Assembly: GCA_032250835.1 (NCBI GenBank)
Contig: JAVVEA010000013.1
Coordinates: 5,662-69,661 of the forward strand
Direction: 5' to 3'
Length of the DNA stretch: 64,000 nucleotides
DNA from: a bacterium
GTDB lineage: Bacteria; SAR324; XYD2-FULL-50-16
Numbering within the stretch: the first letter of the stretch is position 1; each line of letters begins with the position of its first letter. Of this stretch, positions 9,443-19,363 are shown piece by piece. A model generated the notes under the pieces. It was given only the letters and a program-made list of their open reading frames with translations. It was not told the DNA's origin and searched no databases. A program made the translations under genes and the position numbers.

Positions 9443-11472
9443 GTCGCCCCCCACGCGGGGGCGTGGATTGAAACTTTTGTTCTATCGCAAAGGCAATATC
9501 AGACATTGTGTCGCCCCCCACGCGGGGGCGTGGATTGAAACTCTAGAGCAACAACGTAACCCAATTCATTCATACCGTCGCCCCCCACGCGGGGGCGTGG
9601 ATTGAAACAATTCGTCGAACATAACCAATGGTTTCCCTGGCGTGTCGCCCCCCACGCGGGGGCGTGGATTGAAACTATTATCCTGGCCCGCCTGAGCCCT
9701 CATGGAGGTTGTCGCCCCCCACGCGGGGGCGTGGATTGAAACCCTAAAATAGTCTGGGACTTCTGAAAAATAGGGGGTCGCCCCCCACGCGGGGGCGTGG
9801 ATTGAAACTTTTTGGGACGACAACCAAGTGCTGGCCGCGCAGATGTCGCCCCCCACGCGGGGGCGTGGATTGAAACTTTTTTGACCAGCCCCCCGGCGGG
9901 GCGGCCTAGGGTCGCCCCCCACGCGGGGGCGTGGATTGAAACCTCATCTGCAAGCCCTCGGGCCCATTCTACGGGATAGTCGCCCCCCACGCGGGGGCGT
10001 GGATTGAAACAGGTAGTCGGGGATCTCGGTCTTGACCGCTTCGAGTCGCCCCCCACGCGGGGGCGTGGATTGAAACTCGTAACGGCTCCATTGAGTCGGC
10101 TTGATACCGCAAGTCGCCCCCCACGCGGGGGCGTGGATTGAAACCCCCAACTCCTTGGCGGTGGCGGCCAGTTTTTGAAAGTCGCCCCCCACGCGGGGGC
10201 GTGGATTGAAACTAAAATAGACCTTGTCAACCAAAACAAGGATCACAAGTCGCCCCCCACGCGGGGGCGTGGATTGAAACTTTGATTGCCGCCAACTTGG
10301 GCAACGTCAGGTAAGGTCGCCCCCCACGCGGGGGCGTGGATTGAAACATGATGGCCCGCTCTATAAAATCACGCTCAAGCTGGTCGCCCCCCACGCGGGG
10401 GCGTGGATTGAAACCTTCCAGGTCCATCTCCAAGCACTTACTGTGCAGGTCGCCCCCCACGCGGGGGCGTGGATTGAAACACCTTCGATAGCGGCCAGCA
10501 AAGCTGCACACTGCTCGTCGCCCCCCACGCGGGGGCGTGGATTGAAACTTAGGTTTTCTATACATATTGTCGGGGCTTAGTTGTCGCCCCCCACGCGGGG
10601 GCGTGGATTGAAACTCATTGCGTCGCCACCACGCCAGCGAGAACCGCCGGTCGCCCCCCACGCGGGGGCGTGGATTGAAACACCAAAGAAAAGTCCCTCT
10701 TAAGACTCAACCCGGGTCGCCCCCCACGCGGGGGCGTGGATTGAAACTTGCTACCGGCGATACTGATCTGTTTGACGCCGGGGGGTCGCCCCCCACGCGG
10801 GGGCGTGGATTGAAACTTTGGCGGCGGCGCGCGCATCCAGCTCGATTTTGTCGCCCCCCACGCGGGGGCGTGGATTGAAACCGTAAGTTCTAAGAGTTTC
10901 GTATCCTAACATTTGAGTCGCCCCCCACGCGGGGGCGTGGATTGAAACAAAACCTCCGCCCTGATGCTTTCCGGGCTTCCGGTCGCCCCCCACGCGGGGG
11001 CGTGGATTGAAACCCGAAGGCGGCCCACGACGACGGCCCCGACGCCCCCACGCGGGGGCGTGGATTGAAACAGTCGCGCAGGCACCGGTGTACACGCTGC
11101 CGTTGGGTCGCCCCCCACGCGGGGGCGTGGATTGAACCCCCCCCTGGGCGTCCAAGGCCCACCGCTCTTTGGTGTCGCCCCCCACGCGGGGGCGTGGATT
11201 GAAACCCCGGTGCCTAAGTCTTCCGGGCAAAGGGCGCGAACGTCGCCCCCCACGCGGGGGCGTGGATTGAAACCTGCGCTGGGCGCACGAGTCGGGCCGA
11301 TTGGAGTGTCGCCCCCCACGCGGGGGCGTGGATTGAAACTCGTCAGGTGTGACCGAAGGCGCTATTCGGGCGGGTCGCCCCCCACGCGGGGGCGTGGATT
11401 GAAACTTCGATGGCCAGCGCCACGGCGGTGGCGCGTTCGAGTCGCCCCCCACGCGGGGGTATGGATTAAAAT
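9443..11472 (+). CRISPR. Type I-C CRISPR array: 31 repeats (GTCGCCCCCCACGCGGGGGCGTGGATTGAAAC, 32 bp) and 30 spacers, mostly 33-37 bp
   Basis: Repeats counted by eye from 9443 to 11441; degenerate terminal repeat (..GGGGGTATGGATTAAAAT) marks the trailer; variant repeats at 11041 and 11107. Confidence 0.98.
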
Positions 11473-11759
11473 CAACGGGCTCTAGGGGTGCCAGTGGCGG
11501 TTCCCCGCCCCCTGGGGGCGAGCCGGACCATATCTTTGTTTGCGCCCGTCCGCATGGTTTCCCTACGCCGCCCAAAGGGGTTCTAAGCGATATTTCGGAG
11601 GTAAAGATGCCGCGCTGGGGGTGACCGAAATCGTTCTCCAGCCTTTAACACCATGCGTTTTGGGGTGGTTCTGTGGATAAAGTTTTGACTCTAATTTGAA
11701 ATGGCTTATACTAAAGGTTAGTACACTTCTGTTCACTGGAATTCCAACTGAGGCTGAAG

Positions 11760-14417
11760 ATGGACCGACCAACCCGCCACCAGGACATCGACCCCCAAGA
11801 GACTAGAGAGTGGATCGAATCGCTTCAATCGGTCCTTGAACGCGAAGGGCCCGAGCGGGCCCACTTCCTGATTGAGCAGCTTGCCGACAACGCGCGGCGC
11901 TCGGGTCTGCACCTGCCCTTTAAGGCCACTACGGCCTACGTCAACACGATCCACAAATCCCAAGAAGCCCAAATCCCCGGCGACCCGGACAAAGAGGCCC
12001 GCATCCTGGCCCTAGTGCGTTGGAACGCCATGGCCATGGTGGTCGGTGCCAACCGGGAAAATGAAGGCATCGGCGGGCATATCGCCTCCTATGCTTCAAT
12101 AGCCACCCTTTACGAAGTGGGTTTCAACCACTTTTTTCGAGCGCCCACCGACGACCAACCGGGAGACCTAGTCTTTTTTCAGGGCCACAGTTCGCCGGGG
12201 GTCTACGCTCGTTCCTTTTTAGAGGGGCGCATAAGCCAGTCTCAGCTACAGCACTTCCGCCGCGAAACCGGCGGAGAAGGGCTTCCGAGTTACCCCCACC
12301 CGCACCTGATGCCCGGCTATTGGCAGTTCCCCACGGTGAGCATGGGCCTAGGGCCGCTCCAAGCGATTTACCAAGCCCGATTCATGAAGTACTTAGAGCA
12401 CCGGGGCCTGTTGAAGCCCGGCGACCGTAAGGTTTGGGCCTTTTTGGGCGACGGAGAAATGGACGAGCCTGAGTCCGTGGGGGCTCTGGCCTTGGCGGCG
12501 CGCGAAAAATTGGACAACTTGATCTTCGTGATCAACTGCAACCTACAGCGTCTCGACGGCCCCGTACGCGGCAACGGAAAGATCATCCAAGAGCTAGAAG
12601 CAGACTTCCGGGGTCATGGTTGGCGTGTTTTTAAGGTGCTTTGGGGCCGCAAATGGGATGAGTTGTTCGCCAAGGACCATTCGGGAAAGCTGCGCGAACG
12701 TCTAGAAGAGGCGGTGGACGGCGATTTTCAAAACTATGTGGTCAAAGGTGGGGCTTTCGCCCGGGAACACTTTTTCGGCAAATACCCAGAAACCAAAGAA
12801 TTGGTGGCCAACCTTTCGGACCAAGAGATATGGCACCTCGAACGCGGCGGACACGACCCACAGAAGGTCTATGCCTCCTACGCCGAGGCGGTCAAGCCCG
12901 ACGGACGGCCCACGGTGATCTTGGCTAAAACGGTCAAGGGCTTTGGTATGGGCGAGGCAGGCGAAGGGCAAAACATCACCCACCAGCAAAAGAAAATGGG
13001 CGAGTCGAGCCTTAAGGCCTTCCGCGACCGCTTCAACATCCCCATTGACGACAAGGACCTGCTAGCCACCCCCTTTTACCGGCCTGACGAAGACGGGGAT
13101 TTGATGGTCTACCTGCGGCAGCAGCGCGAAAAGCTGGGTGGGTTCGTGCCCCAACAGATTTGCAACCTACATGAGTTGGACTTACTCAAAGAAGATTTTT
13201 TTACCGACTACCTTGCCGGCGGCAAAGAGGGGCGGGCATTCTCTACCACCATGGCCATGGTGCAGATGCTGACCAAGATGCTGCGCGACCAGAAGCTGGG
13301 CCCCTATCTGGTGCCTATCGTGCCCGACGAGGCCCGTACCTTCGGGATGGAAAACCTATTCCGTCAGGTGGGCATCTACTCCTCTTCGGGCCAGGACTAT
13401 GAACCGCCCGACTCAGATCAGGTGATGTATTACAAGGAAAGCCAAAGCGGGCAAATCCTTGAAGAGGGCATCACCGAAGCGGGCGCTTTGGCCGACTGGA
13501 TCGCCGCGGGTACCGCTCGCTGCAACCACGGCCTGGACATGGTTCCCTTTTTTTTCTTTTATTCTATGTTCGGATTCCAGCGGGTCGGCGACTTAATTTG
13601 GGCCGGGGCCGACGCGGGGGCCAGGGGATTTCTGCTAGGCGGTACTGCCGGGCGCACCACCTTGAACGGCGAAGGGCTACAACACCAAGACGGGCAAAGC
13701 CAGTTAATGGCCAGCTATGTGCCCTCTTGCATCTCCTATGACCCCGCCTATTCTTACGAATTGGCGGTGATCGTCCGCGAGGGGATGCGGCGGATGTACA
13801 AACAGCGCGAAGAGATTTTTTACTACATCACCCTCTACAACGAAAACTACGAACACCCCTCCCTTCCCGAAGGGGTCGAGGAAGACATCCTCTTAGGCCT
13901 TTACCGCCTCAAAAAAGCTGGAGACGCTCAGGTCGAGTTGATCGGCTCGGGTAGCATTCTACGCGAGGTGGAACGGGCGGCCCGGTTGCTTGAAGAAGAC
14001 TTTGGCCTAAAAGCCAACCTTTGGAGCGCCACCAGCTTTACGGAGCTAAAGCGCTCCGGTGAAAACGCGGACCGCTGGAACCGACTCCATCCAGACCAAA
14101 AACCCCGCAGCTGCCATCTGGCCCGCTGTCTTGAGCAGGGGTTGCCGGTAGTGGCGGCTTCGGACTTTGTTAAAACCTACCCCGAACAGATACGGCCTTG
14201 GGTCCGAGGCCCGCTGGTTACCTTGGGGACCGATGGCTTTGGCCGTAGCGATACCCGCGAAGCGCTCCGTGAGCACTTCGAGGTGGACGCCCAGCATGTC
14301 GTTCTGGCCGCATTGGACGCCCTGATCCGTGCCGGGAGCCTGGGGCCCGAGACGTTGGCCGAAGGTTTGGAAAAATATCAAATCGATCCTGAAAAACCCA
14401 ATCCCAGCCGGAGCTGA
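11760..14417 (+). CDS. aceE: Pyruvate dehydrogenase E1 (homodimeric AceE type)
   Basis: DIDPQETREW, GGHIASYAS, TPP motif GDGEMDEPES...NCNLQRLDGP, GFGRSDTR; 885 aa. Confidence 0.96.
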   Translation: MDRPTRHQDIDPQETREWIESLQSVLEREGPERAHFLIEQLADNARRSGLHLPFKATTAYVNTIHKSQEAQIPGDPDKEARILALVRWNAMAMVVGANRENEGIGGHIASYASIATLYEVGFNHFFRAPTDDQPGDLVFFQGHSSPGVYARSFLEGRISQSQLQHFRRETGGEGLPSYPHPHLMPGYWQFPTVSMGLGPLQAIYQARFMKYLEHRGLLKPGDRKVWAFLGDGEMDEPESVGALALAAREKLDNLIFVINCNLQRLDGPVRGNGKIIQELEADFRGHGWRVFKVLWGRKWDELFAKDHSGKLRERLEEAVDGDFQNYVVKGGAFAREHFFGKYPETKELVANLSDQEIWHLERGGHDPQKVYASYAEAVKPDGRPTVILAKTVKGFGMGEAGEGQNITHQQKKMGESSLKAFRDRFNIPIDDKDLLATPFYRPDEDGDLMVYLRQQREKLGGFVPQQICNLHELDLLKEDFFTDYLAGGKEGRAFSTTMAMVQMLTKMLRDQKLGPYLVPIVPDEARTFGMENLFRQVGIYSSSGQDYEPPDSDQVMYYKESQSGQILEEGITEAGALADWIAAGTARCNHGLDMVPFFFFYSMFGFQRVGDLIWAGADAGARGFLLGGTAGRTTLNGEGLQHQDGQSQLMASYVPSCISYDPAYSYELAVIVREGMRRMYKQREEIFYYITLYNENYEHPSLPEGVEEDILLGLYRLKKAGDAQVELIGSGSILREVERAARLLEEDFGLKANLWSATSFTELKRSGENADRWNRLHPDQKPRSCHLARCLEQGLPVVAASDFVKTYPEQIRPWVRGPLVTLGTDGFGRSDTREALREHFEVDAQHVVLAALDALIRAGSLGPETLAEGLEKYQIDPEKPNPSRS

Positions 14418-14421
14418 CTAC

Positions 14422-15762
14422 ATGAACCAATCCCACCAGAGCATAGCCCTCAAAGTGCCTGACCTGGGCGGCTTCGACCAAGTTGAGGTGATCGAGGTAC
14501 TGGTTTCCGAAGGTGACCGGGTCGAACTCGAAGCCCCTTTGATCACCTTGGAGTCGGACAAAGCGGCAATGGACATCCCCGCCGAACGGGCGGGCGTGAT
14601 CGAAAGCCTTTCGGTTAAGACCGGCGACCAGGTCTCCCCTGGCGATGTGTTCGCTCAGCTACGGCCCGACGAAGCTGGCGACAAGGAAGAATCCGAAGAC
14701 TCTGAGGCCGCCGAGGAAACCTCTAAGGCCCAACCACAGGAACCACCGATCGAAGATACGCCCCCACAGGAACCGGTAACCACCGAACCAGGCGTGCCAG
14801 CGCCGGACCCTCCGAAAAAGCCCGACCCTGGCGACGCAACCGATGCCGACGCCCTACCCCAGATTTCCTTTAAGGGGGTCCACGCCAGCCCGACGGTGCG
14901 GCGCTTCGCCCGGCAGTTGGGCGCGGACCTGAACCAAGTCGAAGGCCGAGGGCGTAAGGGGCGGATCACCGAAGAAGACGTACGTCAATTCGTCAAATCA
15001 CAGCTTCAGGGCTCCCCGCAAAGCAATGCCCCCGAGGCCGTTGACCCCAAGGAATTCGAACGCTTCGGGCCCGTGGAAGTGCGCGACCTCAGCCGAATCC
15101 GCAAGAAGTCGGCCCAAAGCCTTCAGCGCAACTGGTCCCAGGTGCCTTTGGTGACCCAGTTCGACGAGGCAGACATCACCGAAACCGAAGCCTTCCGCCA
15201 GGCGCAAAAGCAGGCCGCCGAGAAGGAGGACGTGAAGTTGACCTTGCTACCTTTGATAGCCAAGGCTTGCGTCAAGGCCTTGCAAGAGTTTCCCGAAGTC
15301 AACGCTTCGGTGGACATGGCTGGGGGACGGGCGATCATCAAGGGTTACTTCCACCTCGGTTTTGCCGTGGATACCGACCAAGGCTTGGTCGTGGTGGTGG
15401 TCCCCGATGCGGACCAAAAAGGGGTCTATAAAATAGCCCGGGAGTTGGACCAAAAGGCCCAAAGGGCCCGCCAAGGCAAATTGGGGCCCCAGGACATCCA
15501 AGGGGCCAGCTTCTCGATCAGTAACTTAGGAGCAGCCGGAGGCACGGGGTTCACTCCCTTGCTCAACGGTTCTAACGTCGGCGTGTTGGGTATCGCAAGG
15601 GCCAAGACCCAGCCGGTCTGGACCGGAGCTGAATTCCAGCCGAGGCTGATCCTGCCGATTTCTTTTTCTTATGATCACCGCCTGATCGACGGAGTCCAGG
15701 GAGCGCGCTTCTTGCGGCGGCTCTGTGAGTTGATTGAAGACCTACGACCCCTTCTACTTTGA
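14422..15762 (+). CDS. aceF: Dihydrolipoamide acetyltransferase E2 (one lipoyl domain)
   Basis: Lipoyl ESDKA, binding domain HASPTVRRFAR...GRKGRI, catalytic DHRLIDG; ATG at 14422. Confidence 0.95.
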   Translation: MNQSHQSIALKVPDLGGFDQVEVIEVLVSEGDRVELEAPLITLESDKAAMDIPAERAGVIESLSVKTGDQVSPGDVFAQLRPDEAGDKEESEDSEAAEETSKAQPQEPPIEDTPPQEPVTTEPGVPAPDPPKKPDPGDATDADALPQISFKGVHASPTVRRFARQLGADLNQVEGRGRKGRITEEDVRQFVKSQLQGSPQSNAPEAVDPKEFERFGPVEVRDLSRIRKKSAQSLQRNWSQVPLVTQFDEADITETEAFRQAQKQAAEKEDVKLTLLPLIAKACVKALQEFPEVNASVDMAGGRAIIKGYFHLGFAVDTDQGLVVVVVPDADQKGVYKIARELDQKAQRARQGKLGPQDIQGASFSISNLGAAGGTGFTPLLNGSNVGVLGIARAKTQPVWTGAEFQPRLILPISFSYDHRLIDGVQGARFLRRLCELIEDLRPLLL

Positions 15763-15766
15763 TCCC

Positions 15767-17542
15767 ATGAGCTCCAAACAAAGAACCCTTAAGGTGCCGT
15801 CTCTTGGTGGAATTGACGAGGTGGAAGTGATTGAGGTCTTAGTCTCTAAGGGAGATCATATCCACCAAGAAGACCCTTTGATCACCCTGGAATCCGACAA
15901 GGCGGCCATGGACATTCCCGCCGAGGCAGACGGAGAGGTGGCCGAAGTGCTGGTTAAAACCGGGGACTGGGTCCGCGAAGGAGACCCGATCCTCAAACTG
16001 ATTCTTTCGGCTGCCAAGGATATAGGAGACCCACCTCAAGAGGAGGGAAAGGGAGAAGAGCTGAAGGAGGAAGACCAAGACCACAAAAAAGCTGAGGCCT
16101 CCGCTGGTTCTAAGGCAGAAACCCAGCGCGTACCGGTGAGCGGAGGCGACGCAGTTGACCTCTTGGTTTTAGGCGGCGGCCCTGGTGGCTATACTGCAGC
16201 CTTCCGGGCGGCGGACCTTGGGCTGAAGGTGGTTTTGGTCGAAGAGCGGCCTAAGCTGGGTGGGGTATGCCTCAACGTGGGCTGCATCCCCACCAAAGCT
16301 CTGCTGCACGCCGCCCGCAGCATAGATCAAGCGGCACAGGCCGCAAAGATAGGTTTGAACTTCGGCGCGCCAGAAGTGGATTTTGCCCAGCTGCAAGAAT
16401 GGAAACAGTCCGTTGTTTCGCGCCTAGTCGAAGGCCTAGGCGGTTTGGCCAAACAGCGCAAGGTTCGGGTGATCCAAGGTCGAGGTCGCTTTGTGGGGGA
16501 GCGGGAACTAGAAGTTAAAACCCAAAGCGGCACCGAACGGGTCGCCTTTAAAAAGGCCCTTCTGGCCACCGGGTCCCGCCCGGTGCGGTTGCCTCACTTA
16601 CCTCAGAGTGAACATATTTTAGACTCCACCGGGGCTTTGGCTTTAAAGGAGATCCCCCGGCGGCTGTTGATCATCGGCGGCGGAGTGATCGGCCTCGAAT
16701 TCTCCAACATTTACACGGACTTAGGCTCAAAGGTGTATCTGGTAGAGATGGCCGAACAACTCCTGCCCGGCTTAGACCCTGATTTAGCCCGCAGCCTGAA
16801 AAAAGCCCTGAAGCCCAAGCTGGAAGGGTTGTATCTGAAGACTTCGCTGGAGTCCCTTCAGGAAACTTCAGGCCACCTAGAAGCCATGTTTAAAGGCCAA
16901 GACCAGCCGCTAGAGATCGACAAAGCGCTGGTGGCGGTGGGCCGCAAGCCCAACAGCGGGGACCTAGGCCTGGAGCTATTGGGACTTAAACCCAATGACC
17001 AGGGATTGATCGAGGTGGACCGACAAATGCGTACCGAAGCGGCCGATATCTGGGCGATTGGTGACTTGGTGCCCGGTCCGCAGTTGGCCCACAAGGCCAT
17101 GGCCGAAGGAAAGCTAGCCGCCGAAGTGATCGCCGGGAAACAGGCCGCTTGGGACCACCGGGTGATCCCCGCCGTGGCCTATACAGAACCGGAGGTGGCC
17201 TGGGTTGGGCTGAGCGAGGCCCAAGCGAAGGAGCAGGGGCTACCGATTGAAACCCAGGTTTTTCCTTGGAAAGCTTGCGGGCGGGCCCTGGCCGAACAAG
17301 CCGAAGAGGGCCTGACCAAACTGATCTTCCACCAAGAAACGAAGCGGCTTCTCGGCGCGGCGCTTTTTGGTCGGCAGGTGGGCGACTTGATTGGTGAATT
17401 GGCCTTGGCCATCGAGATGGACTGCCAAGCGGGGGATTTGGCCCTGAGCATCCACCCCCACCCCACCTTTGCCGAAACCCTGCCCCTAGCCGCCGAGATG
17501 TTCGAGCGCAGCATCACCGATTTGATGCCGCCCAAAGACTAG
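15767..17542 (+). CDS. lpdA: Dihydrolipoamide dehydrogenase E3 with N-terminal lipoyl domain
   Basis: Lipoyl ESDKA, GGGPGGY, CLNVGCIP, GGGVIG, HPHPTFAE; ATG at 15767. Confidence 0.95.
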   Translation: MSSKQRTLKVPSLGGIDEVEVIEVLVSKGDHIHQEDPLITLESDKAAMDIPAEADGEVAEVLVKTGDWVREGDPILKLILSAAKDIGDPPQEEGKGEELKEEDQDHKKAEASAGSKAETQRVPVSGGDAVDLLVLGGGPGGYTAAFRAADLGLKVVLVEERPKLGGVCLNVGCIPTKALLHAARSIDQAAQAAKIGLNFGAPEVDFAQLQEWKQSVVSRLVEGLGGLAKQRKVRVIQGRGRFVGERELEVKTQSGTERVAFKKALLATGSRPVRLPHLPQSEHILDSTGALALKEIPRRLLIIGGGVIGLEFSNIYTDLGSKVYLVEMAEQLLPGLDPDLARSLKKALKPKLEGLYLKTSLESLQETSGHLEAMFKGQDQPLEIDKALVAVGRKPNSGDLGLELLGLKPNDQGLIEVDRQMRTEAADIWAIGDLVPGPQLAHKAMAEGKLAAEVIAGKQAAWDHRVIPAVAYTEPEVAWVGLSEAQAKEQGLPIETQVFPWKACGRALAEQAEEGLTKLIFHQETKRLLGAALFGRQVGDLIGELALAIEMDCQAGDLALSIHPHPTFAETLPLAAEMFERSITDLMPPKD

Positions 17543-18085
17543 GTGGCAGAGCCATCGGTCCAGGCCCGCCCTCCTGTCGGTTATCTGCTCTTGAACAGCT
17601 GGCTTTCTGAGTTGAGGCATTGAGAGGTTCCTCTTTAAATGAGCATCCAAATCCTTGGTGCGGATAGGGTGTAGGTTGCGTAACCAAGTGCGCCGCTGAG
17701 CGGCAAAGAGAATCGCTTGCCGCACTTCATGGGGTTATTTAAAGGGAGTTGACTCGTTCTTAAGCCCTGATATTATGAGACCGGCAGCGAGAACAACAGG
17801 GTGAGTCTGGCTGCCCTGGCCACCGTCTGCGGACGGGTAAGAGCAACCCCTTGAGGTAATATCCACCGGCGCCTCCTCGCTGCTTCCCAACTGGCTGATT
17901 GCTCTGCTACTCCTATTTTTCTTGTTTTACCTTTTCCTTTTACCGCCATATTGTGCCGGCGGCCTCCTTCTGCGGTTAAAGATTTCAATGAGTTAATTGG
18001 TTTTTAAAAGCTTTTACTTAGGAGCTGCAAGCCAACTCCTGCTTGGCAAAGGCCTAATTCCCTTTTGAATTCTTGCCCCCAACGC

Positions 18086-18172
18086 AAACACCCCACCCCC
18101 CACAGCGGAGCGACGGCCTGTGGGAGGTGGGGTGTTTCATTGGGGCGGCTGGCGGGTTTGAGCCAGCCGCCC
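18086..18172. terminator. Two tandem hairpins downstream of the hsp20 operon
   Basis: AAACACCCCACCCCCCACAG/CTGTGGGAGGTGGGGTGTTT (18086-18137) and GGGCGGCTGGC/GCCAGCCGCCC (18143-18172). Confidence 0.55.
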
Positions 18173-18206
18173 GGTGGATTGCGCCTTCCTTGGCGCTATG
18201 GGAGCG

Positions 18207-18608
18207 TTAAGCCACCTTGATTTGGTGGGGTTTCTCCTCGGGGCGCTTGTGCAGGGTCAGGTAGAGCACGCCTTGGTCCATTTTGGCCTCGATCTTTTGG
18301 GGATCGATCTGGTTGCTTACCTGAAAACTGCGGCTGAAGTGGCCCAGGTTGTACTCAGCATAGACCGCCTTGAGCGGCTCGTAACGCTTGGGGTCGATCT
18401 CGCCTTCAACGGTGAGGCGGTTTTTCTCCATCGTCACCTTGACCCGGTCTTTGGTCACGCCCGGTAGGTCCATCTGGACATGCAGCGCCTCGGTGGTTTC
18501 AAAGATGTCCGTATCGGGGCGGAAGTACTTAAACTGCTGGGTCCGCTCTTCGGCTTTGGTTTCCACCGCTTGGGTGGGGGCTTTTTGCAAGCTTTTATCG
18601 GTGTTCAT
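18207..18608 (-). CDS. Hsp20/alpha-crystallin small heat-shock protein
   Basis: PDTDIFET, DLPGV, FSRSF, IEAKMDQGVLYLTL. Confidence 0.93.
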   Translation of the reverse strand: MNTDKSLQKAPTQAVETKAEERTQQFKYFRPDTDIFETTEALHVQMDLPGVTKDRVKVTMEKNRLTVEGEIDPKRYEPLKAVYAEYNLGHFSRSFQVSNQIDPQKIEAKMDQGVLYLTLHKRPEEKPHQIKVA

Positions 18609-18628
18609 GGCGTCCTCCGGTTTGTGGG

Positions 18629-19048
18629 TTAATTGATGGTGATGCTTTTGGGTTTTTCACTCTCTTTGATCGGTAACAACAGGGCCAAAACCCCGTCGTT
18701 CAGTTCAGCTTTGACCTGTTCTGGGTCCACTTCGTGTTGCAGACGGATGCTGCGGTCGAAGCGGTAGTCCGAACGCTCGCGCCGGTGGGCGCTGGCCCCT
18801 TCGGGAATTTGCAGGCGGCGTTGGCCCGAAATGCGGACCAAATTCCCCTTCACTTCAATGCTCAGGTCTTCTTTTTTAACGCCCGGAATCTCAAGGGTCA
18901 GCAGGGTGTTTTCGCCGTCCTTAAACAGGTTGACCGGCGGTTGCCCGGCTGCGGTGGTGGAGACTCCGAAATAGTCGTTGCGGGCTGCTTGATCAAAGGC
19001 TTTTTGCAAGGCCCAAAGGGCGTCAAAAGCTCCGGTTAGTCCATACAT
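18629..19048 (-). CDS. Hsp20/alpha-crystallin small heat-shock protein
   Basis: PPVNL, EIPGVKKEDL, HRRER, FDRSIRL, AELNDGVL; AGGAGG RBS. Confidence 0.93.
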   Translation of the reverse strand: MYGLTGAFDALWALQKAFDQAARNDYFGVSTTAAGQPPVNLFKDGENTLLTLEIPGVKKEDLSIEVKGNLVRISGQRRLQIPEGASAHRRERSDYRFDRSIRLQHEVDPEQVKAELNDGVLALLLPIKESEKPKSITIN

Positions 19049-19117
19049 AATAACCTCCTACGTTGAGTTTGGTTGAGATGAGCCCGCCGACGGGCGGTGG
19101 GCTCTTGCCTATATTAT

Positions 19118-19134
19118 TTCAAGGCTCGTGCCAG
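19118..19134 (-). promoter_or_regulatory. Sigma54 (-24/-12) promoter of the hsp20 operon
   Basis: Minus strand reads CTGGCACGAGCCTTGAA, matching TGGCACG-N4-TTG(C/A). Confidence 0.75.
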
Positions 19135-19183
19135 ATAAAATTATTATTTAAAACAGAATCATAGATAGGTGTGGAAAACAAAA

Positions 19184-19241
19184 TAGGTCAATTTGACCTA
19201 AGTCGTGGGACACAAGGCCGGGGGCTAGGCCAAATTGCCCA
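19184..19241. promoter_or_regulatory. Pair of palindromic putative enhancer-binding-protein sites
   Basis: Perfect TAGGTCAA-T-TTGACCTA (19184-19200) and imperfect TAGGCCAAATTGCCCA (19226-19241), starts 42 bp apart. Confidence 0.6.
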
Positions 19242-19363
19242 GCTACTGTCGAAGGCTCCCTAAAAGCTCTTCTTGTTCTTATCTGCTATAAATGGTAGTT
19301 TTACACGCAATAATTAGGTTACGCCCCAGGGGTATTAGATTGCAGAGGTAACCGGAGGGGGGA

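Noticed and set aside
9475-11440. Self-targeting by main-array spacers within this window
   Set aside because: No match noticed by eye; an exact alignment is needed, so this is not excluded
9566-11575. Many ORFs with repeating FQSTPPRGGR / VSIHAPAWGAT / FNPRPRVGGD peptides
   Set aside because: These are translations of CRISPR repeats, not genes
19049-19105. Hairpin in the hsp20 5' UTR considered as a ROSE-type RNA thermometer
   Set aside because: The stem (19080-19104) does not pair with the AGGAGG RBS, and no anti-SD motif was seen
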